DNA of 64,000 nt from the human T2T-CHM13v2.0 reference genome, Homo sapiens. Shown here piece by piece: positions 1-15,550 of this stretch. The position numbers were made by a program, and so were the translations under genes. The stretch is taken from assembly GCF_009914755.1 (NCBI RefSeq), contig NC_060935.1; one strand, 5' to 3'. Positions within the stretch are counted from its first letter, which is position 1, and each line of letters starts with the position of its first letter. A model generated the notes under the pieces. The model made no database searches and was not told the DNA's origin. It saw only the letters and a program-made list of their open reading frames with translations.

Positions 1-559
1 CATAATATTCAATTAACTAATAAAGATTTTTATTCCCAGAACTGTTAAACTGCACAAGATCAGAAAAGAAAAAAGTTATTAGATTTGAAAATATTAAAAC
101 TAAGAAAAGATTACTTCAACTTTTACAAATATACAAGTCAATAGCCAAGACTTTGATTTTAAACTTTAATCTCAAAATTCAGAAAGCACAGACAAAGTAA
201 TTCAATTCAGACAACTGATGCAATTCTGACTCCCAAAGTTCCGCCTACGATTGACGCAAACCCCCTACTTACAGTAAATCATTTGAAACATATAGACAAT
301 GCTAATCTCCTCACATCACAAGATTCTATGACAGCTTGACATCTGGGTCTATAAGAATACATTTCCTCAAGTGGCAAAATTTATAACAAAGCTGCTCTTA
401 TTAATGGGTAAGTTAAGTTAGAATTTTTAACTACTGTTAATTCACCTCTTTAAAAAGGTGAATAGCATAAATGCTGGCATCCTTTAGCTGTAAATGAAAT
501 ACGATCTGTTCCTTCATGATCTGGCCCTGTTGTCTCTCATCTGCTATCCCACCCCACCT

Positions 560-700
560 CAGATGGCATTTCTCGAGGACAAGGACCTTGCCCTATTTAT
601 GTCTGCGTATCTATCACTGGCATAATGCCTGACACCTGGAGAATAAGCATTGTTTCATAGAAATTAAGCATTCATCTAAGTATTTGTTTGGTGAATATTA
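560..700 (+). mobile_element. L2 3' end remnant
   Basis: gaggacaaggaccttg...ggcataatgcctgacacctgg...aagtatttgtttggtgaat resembles the L2 terminus. Confidence 0.5.
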
Positions 701-917
701 CTAACCTTTTAAGGTTGCACTTGTGCCACATCTAAGGATATGAAAACAAAAAGACACATGACTTTCTCTCATGGGCCCCTACAAAACAGTAAATTACATT
801 ATGGTTGGGCTACAACAGGGGTACACAGGAGTACCCACGGAAGTAGAAGAAAAACAGTATCTGCCTCTCCTCAGAGAGACAATGTTTGAAGGGAGACTTA
901 AATAAAAAAACAGGTTA

Positions 918-1451
<534 letters not shown>

Positions 1452-1493
1452 ACTGAAAATTACTGTAGAAGAGTGTAAATGTCAGGAAGCATT

Positions 1494-1655
1494 CACTGGG
1501 GAGCCATCTTTGGGAGGAGAAAGAAGATCACAAAAAATAACTGAACGGTACCAGGTTTAATATCTGAGTGGCGAAATAATCTGAACACCAAACCCCCATG
1601 ACACAAGGTTACCTATATAACAAACCTGCACATGTACCCCTGAATTTAAAATAAA
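1494..1655 (+). mobile_element. L1PA13-16/L1PB-type 3' end fragment
   Basis: aaacccccatgacacaaggttacctatataacaaacctgcacatgtacccctgaatttaaaataaaa. Confidence 0.85.
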
Positions 1656-2678
1656 ATTTTTTAATCTGTGAATTTATGTTTTAAAACATACATCAGAAAT
1701 AAATTTTAACAATGAGAAATGTGGTATAATGAAGATGAAGCCAACCCCCATGTGAGTACTCTGAAACGAATTTTTTCACCTAATAACCACATCTAACAAG
1801 TGCAGTATCATAAACATACACTACAAAACTATCAGTGTTACTCCTTCCTTTCAAATCACAAAGCACATGTCCGTGTCTTTCTTATAAAATAGCAGATAGT
1901 CCCTTGTAGTATTTTTTCTGTGATCCTTCTATTTTCCATAAACATATTTAGAGGAACAACCTCTAAAAACACTATAATGTAGAATGAGAAAAAAGAAACC
2001 AATGGAAGAAGGACTATAACTAAATGAATTACAGAGAGAATTTCCCCTGAACCATGGAAAATCCTACATCTACAGATGGAAAAAGCATAAATTGCAACCA
2101 GGAATGATAAGAAACACAGACACACACACACACCCCTAAGAATATCTGGTTGGATTCCTGAAAAAAAAAAAAGAGAGAGAGAGATAAAGAAGATCTTTTA
2201 AGTTGCAAGAGAAAACAGGTAATTAAAAAAAATTTACTTTTCATCTGCAACAATGAAAGCTAGATGATGAGAGAAAAATACAGGTGAGATACTGAGAGAA
2301 CTGAAACCTAAAAGTTTATCACCCAGAAGAGTATCTGGCAAAGATTCAGAGATTCCATCACTCAGTGAAACACCTTAGAAAATGAAAAAAAACAAAAACA
2401 AAAAAAACAAAACAAAAAAAACACATTAATCGATCAAGAAATCACTCAGAATGAAGAAGTAGAGGAGTCTGGTTAAGAGAAGAAGGAAAAGTAGACACAT
2501 TAGTGAGCAATGAACCCTACAACACACACATAGACACATGCTTTCTGATGTATGTGTACATATACATCATATACAAATGTGTACATACATACAAATGTCC
2601 ACACATTTATACATATTAGACATGTATTATGGATAATGACCTATTACCTGGACAGTTGTAGTATGAACATTAATTTTA

Positions 2679-3074
<396 letters not shown>

Positions 3075-3736
3075 TCAGCAAACCACAGGACTTGGATGGT
3101 GAGGAGAGGGGAGAAGGTAGAGAGGAGAAAAGTAAACCTATTCTAAAAGTTTCTTCTTAAGGGGATTTGGGGGGATAGGAATAATATAATCTTAGAAAGA
3201 AAATAATTGATATTTTGTTTTAAAATAATAAAAAACCCATGGGTCTAATTCTACTAAGAGAAAAAGGAAGATAATCAATAATGAAATGGGAAATTGGAGT
3301 AGAACTCTCCAAATACAAGGTCAAATATTATGTATATGTCAACATGATCAAAACAGCAAAAGACCAGAAACAAAAACAATGTAAAAGAAATATGATAAAT
3401 CAAGAAAATCATATAGCTCACGGATTAAAGTAAATGTAAATGAATAAATCATCCCATTAAATGAGAAAACTCTCACAAGAATTGTACTTATAAAAGGTGA
3501 TTAAAAAATAAAAGGTTGAAAATGAGTCAACAGGCAAAGAATTCAAAGAAACTGCAAGAAAAAAAGCAGCAATGGAGGGGCAATATTAATATCAACAAGG
3601 TAGAATAAGGGGAGAAGTGATAAACAGAATAAAAAGAGACAAAGTAAAACAAAATCACAATTTACAAAGAAGACCTAAGAGACATAAACCAAGCAACATT
3701 GTAGCTAAATATATAAAGCAAAAACAATTAGGAATT

Positions 3737-3900
3737 AATTACTAATGAGTATGGGGTTTCTTTTTGGAGTGATGAAAATGTTCTAAAATTGATTGTAGTG
3801 ATGGTTGCAAAACTTTGTGAATATATTAACAACCATCGAATTGTACACTTTTGTTAGGTAAATTGCATGGTATGTAAATCATATTTCAATAAAGCATTAT
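3737..3900 (+). mobile_element. L1MB-type 3' end fragment
   Basis: gagtatggggtttctttttggagtgatgaaaatgttctaaaattgattgtagtgatggttgc...tttcaataaagc. Confidence 0.8.
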
Positions 3901-3945
3901 ATAGTTTCAAAATTATATATTTTCAAAATTAAGAATGAAAGAAGA

Positions 3946-4299
<354 letters not shown>

Positions 4300-6159
4300 T
4301 CAGTACCAAGCTATGTAACAAATAGATCAGCAAAATCATAGAGAAATTAAAATTATATACAACAGAACAATGAAGATAAAAGAAAACCTTGATAAAAATA
4401 AAATTTTAGTGAAAAACTTTAATGTGTCCTTTTGAGAAATCAAAAGATCAAAACTAAAAAGCAAAATCAGAGAAATTAAATAAATGTTAATAATAAAAAC
4501 TAACAAAAAGGCAAAGTCAGAAAAATAAAATAGCAAAAGCAACAAACTCAAAACATTTGTATATGTACATATGTATTATATGTATGTAAAATTACAAAAA
4601 TTGCTCAAATACTTGATCATAAAAACCCCATAAAATATTTTAAAGATTTTACAGATCACATTTTTAATAATAAACAGAAATAACCAAAAGGTGGCATATA
4701 TATTTGAGAGTTAAGCAATACATTCTCTTGGATTACAGGGAAAGTCAAAATTGGAATTATAACTTTTAGAAATCAATAAAAAGGAGCCTGCATCATACAC
4801 AATTCTGAGGTACAACAAAACTATACTCAAGGAAAATGCCAGAAATGTTTTCAGCAACAAAAATAAATAAGTAAATAAAGAGCTTCCAAATTAAGAAAAC
4901 TGTAATGAGCTTAAGAAAAAAACTATGGAGTAGGAATTAATAGATAAAAGCTGAAATTAAGAAAGAAAGTAACTAAATTGGAATAAGAATACATAGGCAC
5001 ATATTAAGACGAATTAGATAAATCAGAAAAGAAACATGCAACTTGCTGTGAACAAATGTGTAAATGGAATGGAAATGGGTAAGTATCTGGCAAAGTATAA
5101 ATGACCAAAGTTGACTCAAGAAGAACCTGAGTTCTGGCTAGCAATTAGGAAAAAAACTAGATGACTGCAAAGTTTTTAAAATATTTTCCGGCCATAGAAA
5201 AAAATTAAAATCACTCAATTCTTTTTATTAATCCCAAATAACTTTATGTCAAAAGCTGATACAGTATACTAAGACCAATTTCTCTTATGAATATTTGCAA
5301 AAATAGTAGCAGATAGAATCTAGCGATTTATAAAAGAATAAATCATCATGACCAAGTAGGATTTATATCAGAAATGAAACGGTAGTTCAGCAGTGGAAAA
5401 TATATCAGCATAAATTATTACATTCATAAAAGTAAACAAAATATGATCATATCAGTAGATTCTGAAAAGTGTGAGATTCAAGTCTTAATAAGCATTTTGA
5501 ATAAAATAAGATATAAAGAAACTGTTCAAATATAATAAAAGATCTTTTCCAAAAACCAGAAGCAGCTTATTCTAAATAGCAAAATACTAAAAACATTTTA
5601 ACTAAAATCAGAAATTTGACAAGTATGCTTGCTATCATCGTTTTCAATATTATCTTGGAGGTTCTAGAAAATACTGTGAGATATGAAAATAAAATAACCA
5701 GTAAACACATTGCAAAAAAGCATAAAATTATGTCATTTTGCTGAAGTAAATCTGTGTATATGAGAAGTTTTAATATACCACAGAACAGTATTTCAATTCA
5801 AAGGGAAAAGAATGGTTTACTTAATAAATGGCACTAGCCGTCTGGAGAACAATAAAATTAAATCCCATCTCATGCCTCAAACAAAATCAAATTCCAGATC
5901 AATTAAGATCGTACAATGCAAAAGATGAAGCAATAAATATTTTAGAAGATCTAGGGGACGGTATGTATGCCTTAACCAAAACAAGCAAACATATAAAAAA
6001 GATGTAAAAAGATGCTTGATTTTGTATGATATAAAGCTAAGCTAAAACTGTCAAAATAATTTAGAATATGATTTTTTTATTTTAATAAAATTACGATTGT
6101 GTGTGTGTGTTGTGTGTAAGTTCATAATGCATCTCCCCTGACATTCTGCTAGTCTCTCT

Positions 6160-6930
6160 ATCCTAAATACCACTACTTTGTTTTAGGCCACCATGATCAG
6201 TAGTCTAGAATTATACATCTCATCATATTGTTTCTCTGGAAAGCCCTCCAATGACTGTTGCCTTCTGAATAAAGTCCAAAATCAGCAAGGCTTAGTCCAG
6301 CTTTTACTTACTGGCCCATCCTTCCCTCTCTCAGTCCCCCATTTCACACCTCTATACCAGCCATTATGAACCACTTTTCAGTTTCCTGAACATGCTCAAC
6401 AATCTCTCTCTCATTTACAGGCTTCTGTACATGGCTGGTTCTGTGTTTTGTTTTATTTTGTTTTTTAACTAGGATTCTGTTCTCCTACCTACCCCACTTA
6501 GCTAGTTCTCTGCTTCACTTATTTTGCATATCTTCACACCAAAATTCCTTCAGAATGCTTTCCTTGACACTCTGAGACCGAGATAGATGTCTCTACTTGT
6601 TAGGCTTCCAAAGCACCTTGTGATTACCCCCAGCCTAATATTTCCCACACAATAGCTGCTAATGTGTCCAATCCCTCAACCAGACTTAACCTCTTGAAGA
6701 AGAAAAAGGAAATGTCAACTAGGCCACCAAAAAAGAGTAGATAGATAGGGGAGGAAGGAAACCATTCCAGACTGAAGAAACATATATGCTAAGGTCCAGA
6801 AAGAGAAACTATGGAGTTTTAGAGAAACTAAATGAAGACCACTATAGTAACCCTAATCTTTGGTACCGTGCCTTGTCTGTGGTGAATCTATAAAAGAATG
6901 AATATAAAACCAATGGATTAATGAAAACAA
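6160..6930 (+). mobile_element. L2 remnants (mostly plus; a short opposite-orientation piece near 6700-6850)
   Basis: aagccctccaatgactgttgccttctgaataaagtccaaa; ttcagtttcctgaacatgct; ccttcagaatgctttccttgac. Confidence 0.6.
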
Positions 6931-9662
6931 ATACATCTGGATGTGACTGATCATATGTCCAGGCATAATATATGTAGTGATAGAAATTCATATGTGTGCA
7001 TACATGATTTTTCCATTGCTATATTTTGTACCCTTCAGTATTCACTGGCAGGCCTTTTATCACAAGCTTGGGCAAGTTATGCCAAATGACTAATTTAATA
7101 GGTGTGAATGCTTATTGTTTGACAAATTCTTGTTCCTTTGCCAACAAGGAGCCACAGGTGTTGAGTGCTAAGAAGGGGACAGGTTCAGGGAAGCACATGT
7201 CTAATCAGGCAGCCTTCTCAGGCCACTGTGCTATGCCTGCTATCAGATGCTGGCAACCTGGCAGGTGACAAAGGGCTCATCACATTCCCCAGCCTTCCTT
7301 CTTCAGCACCCTGGCATATTGCCAGAGAAGACACAAAGCCAGCAGCAGCCCAGCAGCAGCCCAGCAGCAGTAAGGTGCAGAGTCAAAGAATGAGCAGACA
7401 TGAGCTAATTACAAAGAGGAGCTGCAGGAGCACCTGCTTCAGCTCTGTGCCCACACCTGGCCCCTTATTCTGGAATGCAATCTGCCACACTGAAAATAGG
7501 GCAGTGGCTCCCAAGATTTGGAATCTCCCTGCAGATAAGTATTCTCATCACTTCTCACGCCTTTACTTTTTACCAGTCTCTTACCCGCTGGTGAAGAAGG
7601 TGGGGGAGGGGATTACTGTGACGTACATAGATTCTGGCTTTTGCTGATGATGACTAGCCCTGTTCAAATTGGCGGCCACAGAAGAGGCAGCAGGAAAGCA
7701 TGATTTCCACATGGACCGATCCTCGGAGGGCTTACTCAGAGCTGTTAATCAATGCCAATGCCTCTTTAATGGTCACTTTTTTAAATTTCTTCTAAAAAAA
7801 TGGGATACATGTGCAGAACGTGCAGGTTTGTTACATAGGTATGCGCTTGCCATGGTGGTTTGCTGCACCTATTGACCCATCCTCTAAGTTCCCTGACCTC
7901 ACCCCTCACCCTCCAACAGGCCATGGTGTGTGTTGTTCCCCTCTCTGTGACCATGTGTTCTCAATGTTCAACTCCCACTTATGAGTGAGAACATGCAGTG
8001 TTTGGTTTTCTGTTCCTGTGTTAGTTTGCTGAGAACGATGGCTTCCAGCTTCATCCATGTCCCTGCAAAGGACATGATCTCACTCATTTTTATGGCTGCA
8101 TTTTATTCCATGGTGTATATGTACCACATTTTCTTTATCCAGTCTATCATTGATGGACATTTGGGTTGGTTCCATATCTTTGTTATTGTAAACAGTGCTG
8201 CAATAAACATACATGTGCATGTGTCTTTATAGTAGAATCATTTATACTCCTTTGGGTATATACCCAGTAATGGGGTTGCTGGGTCAAATGGTATTTCTGG
8301 TTCTAGATCCTTGAGGAATCGCCACACTGTCTTCCACAATGGTTGAACTAATTTACATTCCCACCAACAGTACAAAAGCATTCCTACTTCTCCACAGCCT
8401 CGCCAGCATCTACTATTCCCTGACTTTTTAATAATCACCATTCTGACTGGCGTGAGATGGTATCTCATTGTGCTTTTCATTTGCATTTCTCTGATGATCA
8501 GTGATGTTGAGCTTTTTTTCATGATTGTTGGCTATGTAAATATCTTCTTTTGAGAAGTGTGTGTTCACATCCTTTGCCCACTTTATGATGGGGTTGTTTG
8601 GTTTTGTTTTTGGAAATATGGTTAAGTTCCCGGTAAATTCTGGATATTAGCCCTTTGTCAGAAAATTTCAAAACTTTTCTCCCATTCTGTAGGTTGCCTG
8701 TTCACTCTGATGATAGTTTATTTTGCTGTGCAGAAGCTCTTTAGTTTAATTAGACCCCACTTGTCAATTTTGGATTTTGTCGCAATTGCTTTTGGTGTTT
8801 TTGTCATGAAGTCTTTGCCCATGCCAATGTCCTGAATGGTATTGCCTAGGTTTTCTTCCAGAGTTTTTATGGTTTGGGTTTTTACATTTAAGTCTTCAAT
8901 CCATCTTGAGTTAATTTTTGTATAAGGTGTAAGAAAGGGGTCTAGTTTTACTTTTCTGCATATGGCTAGCCAGTTTTCCCAGTACCATTTACTAAATAGG
9001 AGATCCTTTCTCCATTGCTTGTTTTTTGTCAGGTTTGTCAAAGATCAGATGGTTGCAGATATGTGGTGTTATTTCTGAGGTCTCTGTACTGCTCCATTGG
9101 TCTATATGTCGGTTTTGGTACCAGTACCATGCTATTTTGGTTACTGTAGCCTCGTAGTATACTTTGAAGTCAGGTAGCATGAGGTCTCCAGCTTTGTTCT
9201 TTTTGCTTAGGATTGTCTTGACTATACAGGGTCTTCTTTGATTCCATATGAAATTTAAAATAATTTTTTCTAATTCTGTGAAGAATGTCAATGGTAGTTT
9301 GATGTGAATAGCATTGAATCTGTAAATTACTTTGGGCAGTATGGCTATTTTCACGATATTGATTCTTCCTATCCACGAGGATGGAATGTTTTTTCCATTT
9401 GTTTATGTCTTCTCTTATTTCCTTGAGCAGTGGTTTGTAGTTCTCCTTGAAGAGGTCTTCACATCCCTTGAAAGTTGTATTCCTAGGTATTTTATTCTCT
9501 TTGTAGCAATTGTGAATGGGAGTTCATTCATGATTTGGCTCTCTGCTTGCCTATTATTGGTGTAAAGGAGTGACTGTGATTTTTGCACACTAATTTTGCA
9601 TCCTGAGACTTTGCTGAAGTTGCTTATCAGTTCAAGAAGTTTGTGGGCTGAGATGATGAGGG

Positions 9663-9949
9663 TTTTTTTTTTTCTTTTTAAACAGAGTCTTGATCTATTG
9701 CCCAGGCTGGTACACTCTCAGCTCACTGAAACCTCCACCTCCTGGGTTCAAGTGATTTTCCTGCCTCAGCCTCCCAATATCTGGGACTACAGGTGTGCAC
9801 TACCACACCTGGCTAATTTTTGTATTTTTAGTAGAGTCAGGGTTTCACCATGTTGGCCAGTCTGGTCTCGAACTCCTGACCTCAGGTGATCTGCCTATCT
9901 CAGCCTCTCAAAGTGCTGGGATTACAGGTATGAGTCACCGCACCCAGCC
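9663..9949 (-). mobile_element. AluSx/Sz nested in L1 ORF2
   Basis: Poly-T then antisense Alu with a small internal deletion; TSD agggtttt. Confidence 0.9.
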
Positions 9950-10610
9950 AGGGTTTTCTAAATATAAAATCATGTCATCTGCAAACAGAGACAACTTGAC
10001 TTCCTCTCTTCTTGTTTGAATACCCTTTATTTCTTTCTCTTGCCTGATTGCCCTGGCCAGAACTTCTAATACTATGTTGAATAGGAGTGGTGAGAGAGGG
10101 CATCCTTGTCTTGTACCAGTTTTTAAAGGAATGCTTCTAGCTTTTGCCCATTCCATATGATATTGGCTGTGGGTTTGTCATAAATAGCTCTTATTTTGAG
10201 ATATGTTCCATCAATACCTAGTTTATTGAGAGTTAACATGAAGCGATGTTCAATTTTATCAAAGGCCTTTTCTGAATCTGTTGAGATAATCATGTGCTTT
10301 TTGTCTTTGGTTCTGTTTATCTGACGGATTATGTTTATGCATTTGCATATGTTGAACCAGCCTTGCATCCCAAGGATGAAGCCCACTTGCTCATGGTGGA
10401 TAAGTTTTTTGATGTGCTGCTCATTCAGTTTGCCAGTATTTTATTGAAGATTTTTGCATCGATGTTCATCAGGGATATTGGCCTGAAGTTTTCTTTTTTG
10501 TGTGTCTCTTCCTAATTTTGGTATCAGGATGATGCTGGCTTCATAAAATGAGTTAGGGAAGACTCCCTCCTTTTCAATTGTTTAGAATAGTTTTAGAAAG
10601 AATGGTACTA

Positions 10611-10931
<321 letters not shown>

Positions 10932-11958
10932 CTAGCTATTGGTCTATCTATTTTGTTAATTTTTTCAAAAAATCAGCTCCTGGATTCATTGATTTTTGGA
11001 GGTTTTTCATGTCTCTATCTCCTTCAATTCTTCTCTGATCTTAGTTATCTCTTGTCTTCTGCTACCTTTTGGATTAGTTTGTTCTTGCCTCTCTAGCTCT
11101 TTTAATTGTGATGTTAGGGTGTCAATTTGAGATCTTTCTAGCTTTCTGATGTGGGCATTTAATGCTATAGATTTCCATCTTAACACTGTTTTAGCTATGT
11201 TCCAGAGATTCTGGTATGTTGTCTCTTTGTCATTGGTTTCAAAAAACTTTTTGATTTCTGCTTTAATTTCATTATTTACCCGGGAGTCATTCAGGAACAA
11301 GTTGTTCAATTTCCATGAAATTGTGTCGTTTTGAGTGAGTTTCTTAATCCTGAGTTCTAATTTGATTGCACTGTGGTCCAAGAAACTGTTACGATTTCAG
11401 TTCTTTTGCATTTGCTGAGGAGTATTTTATTTCAAAATATGTGTTCAATTTCAGGGTAAGTGCCATGTGGCACAGGAGAAGGACGTATATTCTGTTGATC
11501 TAGGGTAGAGAGTTCCGTAAATGTCTACTAGGTCCACGTGATCCAGAGCTGAGTTCAACTCCTAAATATCCTTTTTAATTTTTTCTCTCATTGATCTAAT
11601 ACTGAGAGTGGGGTGTTAAAGTCTCCCACTATTATTGTGTGGGAGTTTAAGTCTCTTTGCAGGTCTCTAAGAACTAGTTTTATGAATCTGGGTGTTTCTG
11701 TATTGGGTACATATATATTTAGAATAGTTAGCTCTTCTTGTTGAATTCTTCCCCTTACCATTGTATAATACCCTTGTCTTTTTGTATTTTTGTTTGTTTA
11801 AAGTCTGTTTTGTCAGGGACTAGGATTGCAACCCCTGCTTTCTTGTTTTTTTCTTTCCATTTGCTTGGTAAATTTTCCTCCATCCCTTTATTTTGAGGCT
11901 GTGTGTGTCTTTGCATTTAAGATGGGTCTCCTGAATACAGCACACAGATGGGTCTTGA

Positions 11959-12306
<348 letters not shown>

Positions 12307-12416
12307 TAGCCCATTTACATTAGTATTGTTATGTGTGAATTTGATTCTGTCAACATGATGCTATTTGGTTATTTTGCATAATAGTTGATGCAGTTTCTTC
12401 ATGGTGTCATTGGTCT

Positions 12417-13412
12417 TTATATTTTGCTGTGTTTTTGCAGTACCTGGTACTGGTTTTTCCTTTCCATATTTAGTGCTTCTTTTAGGAGCTCTTGCAGGGC
12501 AGGACTGGTGGTAATGAAATCCCTCAGCATTTGCTTGTCTGGAAATGATTTCATTTCTCCTTTGCTTATGAAGCTCAGTTTGGCTAGATGTGAAATTCTG
12601 GGTTGAAAATTATTTAAGATATTAAATATTGGCCCCCAATCTTTTCTGGCTTGTAGAGTTTCTGCTGAGAGGTCCACTGTTAGTCTGATGGACTTCCCTT
12701 TGTAGGTGACCTGGCCTTTCTCTCTGGCTACCTTTAACAGTTTTTCCTTTTTTTGACCTTGGAGAAACTGATAATTATGTGTCTTGGGGTTGATCTTCTT
12801 ACAGAGTATCTTAATGATGTTCTCTGTATTTCCTGAATTTTCATGTTGGCCTGTCTTGCTAGGTTGGGGAAGTTCTCCTGGATAATATTCTGAAGTGTGT
12901 TTTCCAGCTTGTTTCCATTCTCTCCATCTCCTTCTGGTACTCCAATCAATCGCAGATTCTGTCCTTTTATCAAGTCCCATACTTCTTGAAGACTTTGATC
13001 ATTCTTTTTTCTCTATTCTTGTCTGCATGTCTTATTTCAGTAAGGTAGTTTTCAAACTCTGATAGCCTTTCTTCTGCTTGGTCAATTTGGCTGTTGATAC
13101 TTGTGTATGCTTCGTGAAGTTCTCATGCTGTGTTTTTCAGCTCCATCAGGTCATTTATGTTTCTCTCTAAACTGGGTATTCTAGTTAGCAATTCCTTTTA
13201 TCAAGTTTCTTAGCTTCGTTGCATTGGGTTAGAACAAGCTCCTTTAGCTCATCATAGTTTTTTATTATCCATCTTCTGAAGCCTACTTCTGTCAATCCGT
13301 CCATCTGATCCTCCCTCCAGTTCTGTGCCCTTGACATTGTAATCATTTGGAGATGAAGCACTCTGGCCTTTTGGGTTTACAGCATTTTTTCATTGATTCT
13401 TTCTTACCTTCC
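12417..13412 (-). pseudogene. Disrupted L1 ORF1
   Basis: NLRLIGVPEGDGENGNKLENTLQNIIQENFPNLARQAN and REKGQVTYKGKSIRLTVDLSAETLQARKDWGPIFNIL lie in different frames. Confidence 0.9.
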
Positions 13413-15369
13413 TCAATTTGTCTACTTTCAGTCTTTGAGCCTGCTGATCCTTGGATAGGGTTTTTTGTGGAGGCCTTTTTGTTGTTGTTGTTGTTGTTGA
13501 TGCTGTTGTCACTTTCTGCTTGTTTTTCTTTCAATAATTGGTCCCTCTTCTGTAGGACTGCTGCAGTTTGCTAGGGGTTCACTTCAGGTCGTATTCATGT
13601 GATTCGCTCCAGTTCCTGGAGATGTCATTCAAGGAGTCTGGAGAGCAGTAAAGATGGGTGCCTGCTCCTTCTTCTGGGACCTCTGACCTCGACAGGCACC
13701 AACCTGATGCCAGTAGGATGACTCCTGTATAGGGTGTCTGACAACCCCTGTTGGAGGGTCTCACCCAATCGGGTGGCACAGGGAGCAGGACCCATTTAAT
13801 GAAGCACTTTGTCCTTTGGTGGAGAGGGTATGTTTCACTAGGGGAAAACCCACTCATCTGAGCTGCCTGGATTTCTCAGAACTACCAAGAGGAGACAGCA
13901 AGTCTGCTGGTCCCCAGAGACTGTGGCCATCCCTCTCCCTAGGGACTCAGGCCCAGGGAGATCTGAATTCTGTCCCCGAGCCTCTAGCTGGAGTTATTGG
14001 AGATCCTGCAGGGAAGCCCCGCCCACTGAGGAATGATGGGTTGGGATTAGGCCTGAAGAGGCACTCTAGCCGCAGACTGCCACAGAGGGTGTGTTGGGCT
14101 GTGGGGACAAGTCTTGGGAGCAAGTCGTCCAGCCTCCCTGGCTCTAGCTCTAGCAGGGGAAAGTACAGCCTGGAGCTATAGAAATGGGTGTGCCCACCCT
14201 GCCCAGGGAGCTTAGTGTGTTAGGCAGTTGCAAGTCCCAGTGCTGACTCTTGCCCCTCCCCCCAGGAGCTCAAATGGCTTAGACAGCAGGCAGCCACAGC
14301 TGGTGCTGGTTGCCTCTTCTTCCCCCCTCCCCACCAGCAACCCCCACTTCCTGAGTTCCATAGGCTTAAGCAGACTCCAGCTGAGAGGCTGTAAGAATCT
14401 GCATGTTCCAAGGCTGGGACGCTAGGCCCTGGTGGCGTGGGTTCACGAGTGGGATCTTCCAATCCATGGGTGGCAGGGTTCTGTGGAAAAAGCAGTTTCC
14501 CTAGCGCACTCACTCACCACCGCCTCCTTTGGCTTGGGGAAGGGGCTTCCCCTTCCCCGTGTGGCTCTCAGGTGGGCCTTCTCACTACACTGCTCTTCCT
14601 TCTCTCTGTGGTCAGGCCAGCCTTCTTGTCAATTTTGGCGAGAGAACCTGAATACCTTGGTTGCTGATGAAGGATTCACATGCTTAGATTTTTTTTCCAG
14701 TGGGAGCCTCTGAACACGCAGCTTCCACTCGGCCATCTTGGCCCCGCCTCCAAAAAAAATGGTCACTTTTTTTTTTAAATCACTAAATTGTGATTCACCC
14801 TCCTCAACTGCTCCAACCAAGTGTTGGGAGCTATGCTGCAGTCCAGTCTGAGCAAAGGGACAAACTTTTTTTTTTTTTTTTTTTTTTTTTCCAAAAAAAA
14901 AAGGTGTTGTGGTAAAGAAATGAAATTGATGGAAATCTGAAATTTTTTTCAATTTTCCTATTGAATTAGGTAATAAATACTTAGCCAAAGGTCTAAAATG
15001 TATTTCATTAGACAAATAGCATTAGATGTTAAGAGTGACAGAAATTAGTATGTTATTGTGTTTCCATGCTGTAGCTATTACAGTAGCATCACAGCATTTT
15101 TACAGCATTCACAAGCAATGCTAATACTTCTATACTTCTGGAAGATGAAATCTTATGATTACGTATATATTTGTTTAAAGCAGAATTTGTGAATACACCA
15201 TTTAGTATAACATTGATTCATGAAGCCATCAAGTACATGAGAACTTGACTGATAACCAGTCCAATCTCTCTCAAAACACAGCAGATCTCATAGACAGTCA
15301 TCTTTCCTCTACTTAAACAGCACCCTGATGAGCAGCTCAGGAAGCTTGCTCTTCCAAAACTGAATATCT

Positions 15370-15550
15370 CCAGTAATTACAAAATTCCTTCCTTCTTGCA
15401 TGTGGGGCAAAATCTATTCCTATAATTTTAGTCCACTAGTTCTAATATACCCTCATATACTAGGTGGTGATTTGAACAAATCTCCTCTTCTCACAGAAGT
15501 CCTTTAAAGTATCTGAAAATAGTTCTCATGTTCTCCTGTCTTTTCTCATC
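15370..15550 (-). mobile_element. L3/CR1 remnant
   Basis: tataattttagtccactagttctaatataccctc...aacaaatctcctcttc...cctttaaagtatctgaaaatagttctcatg resembles L3 antisense. Confidence 0.5.

Noticed and set aside
7165-7647. 160-aa plus-strand ORF
   Set aside because: Non-ATG start, no recognisable homology, and length is plausible by chance in a GC-richer patch.
14228-14713. Plus-strand ORFs in the L1 5'UTR as L1 ORF0
   Set aside because: They start at non-ATG codons and lack recognisable similarity to the MAGAPPPASLPPCSLISDCC ORF0 peptide.
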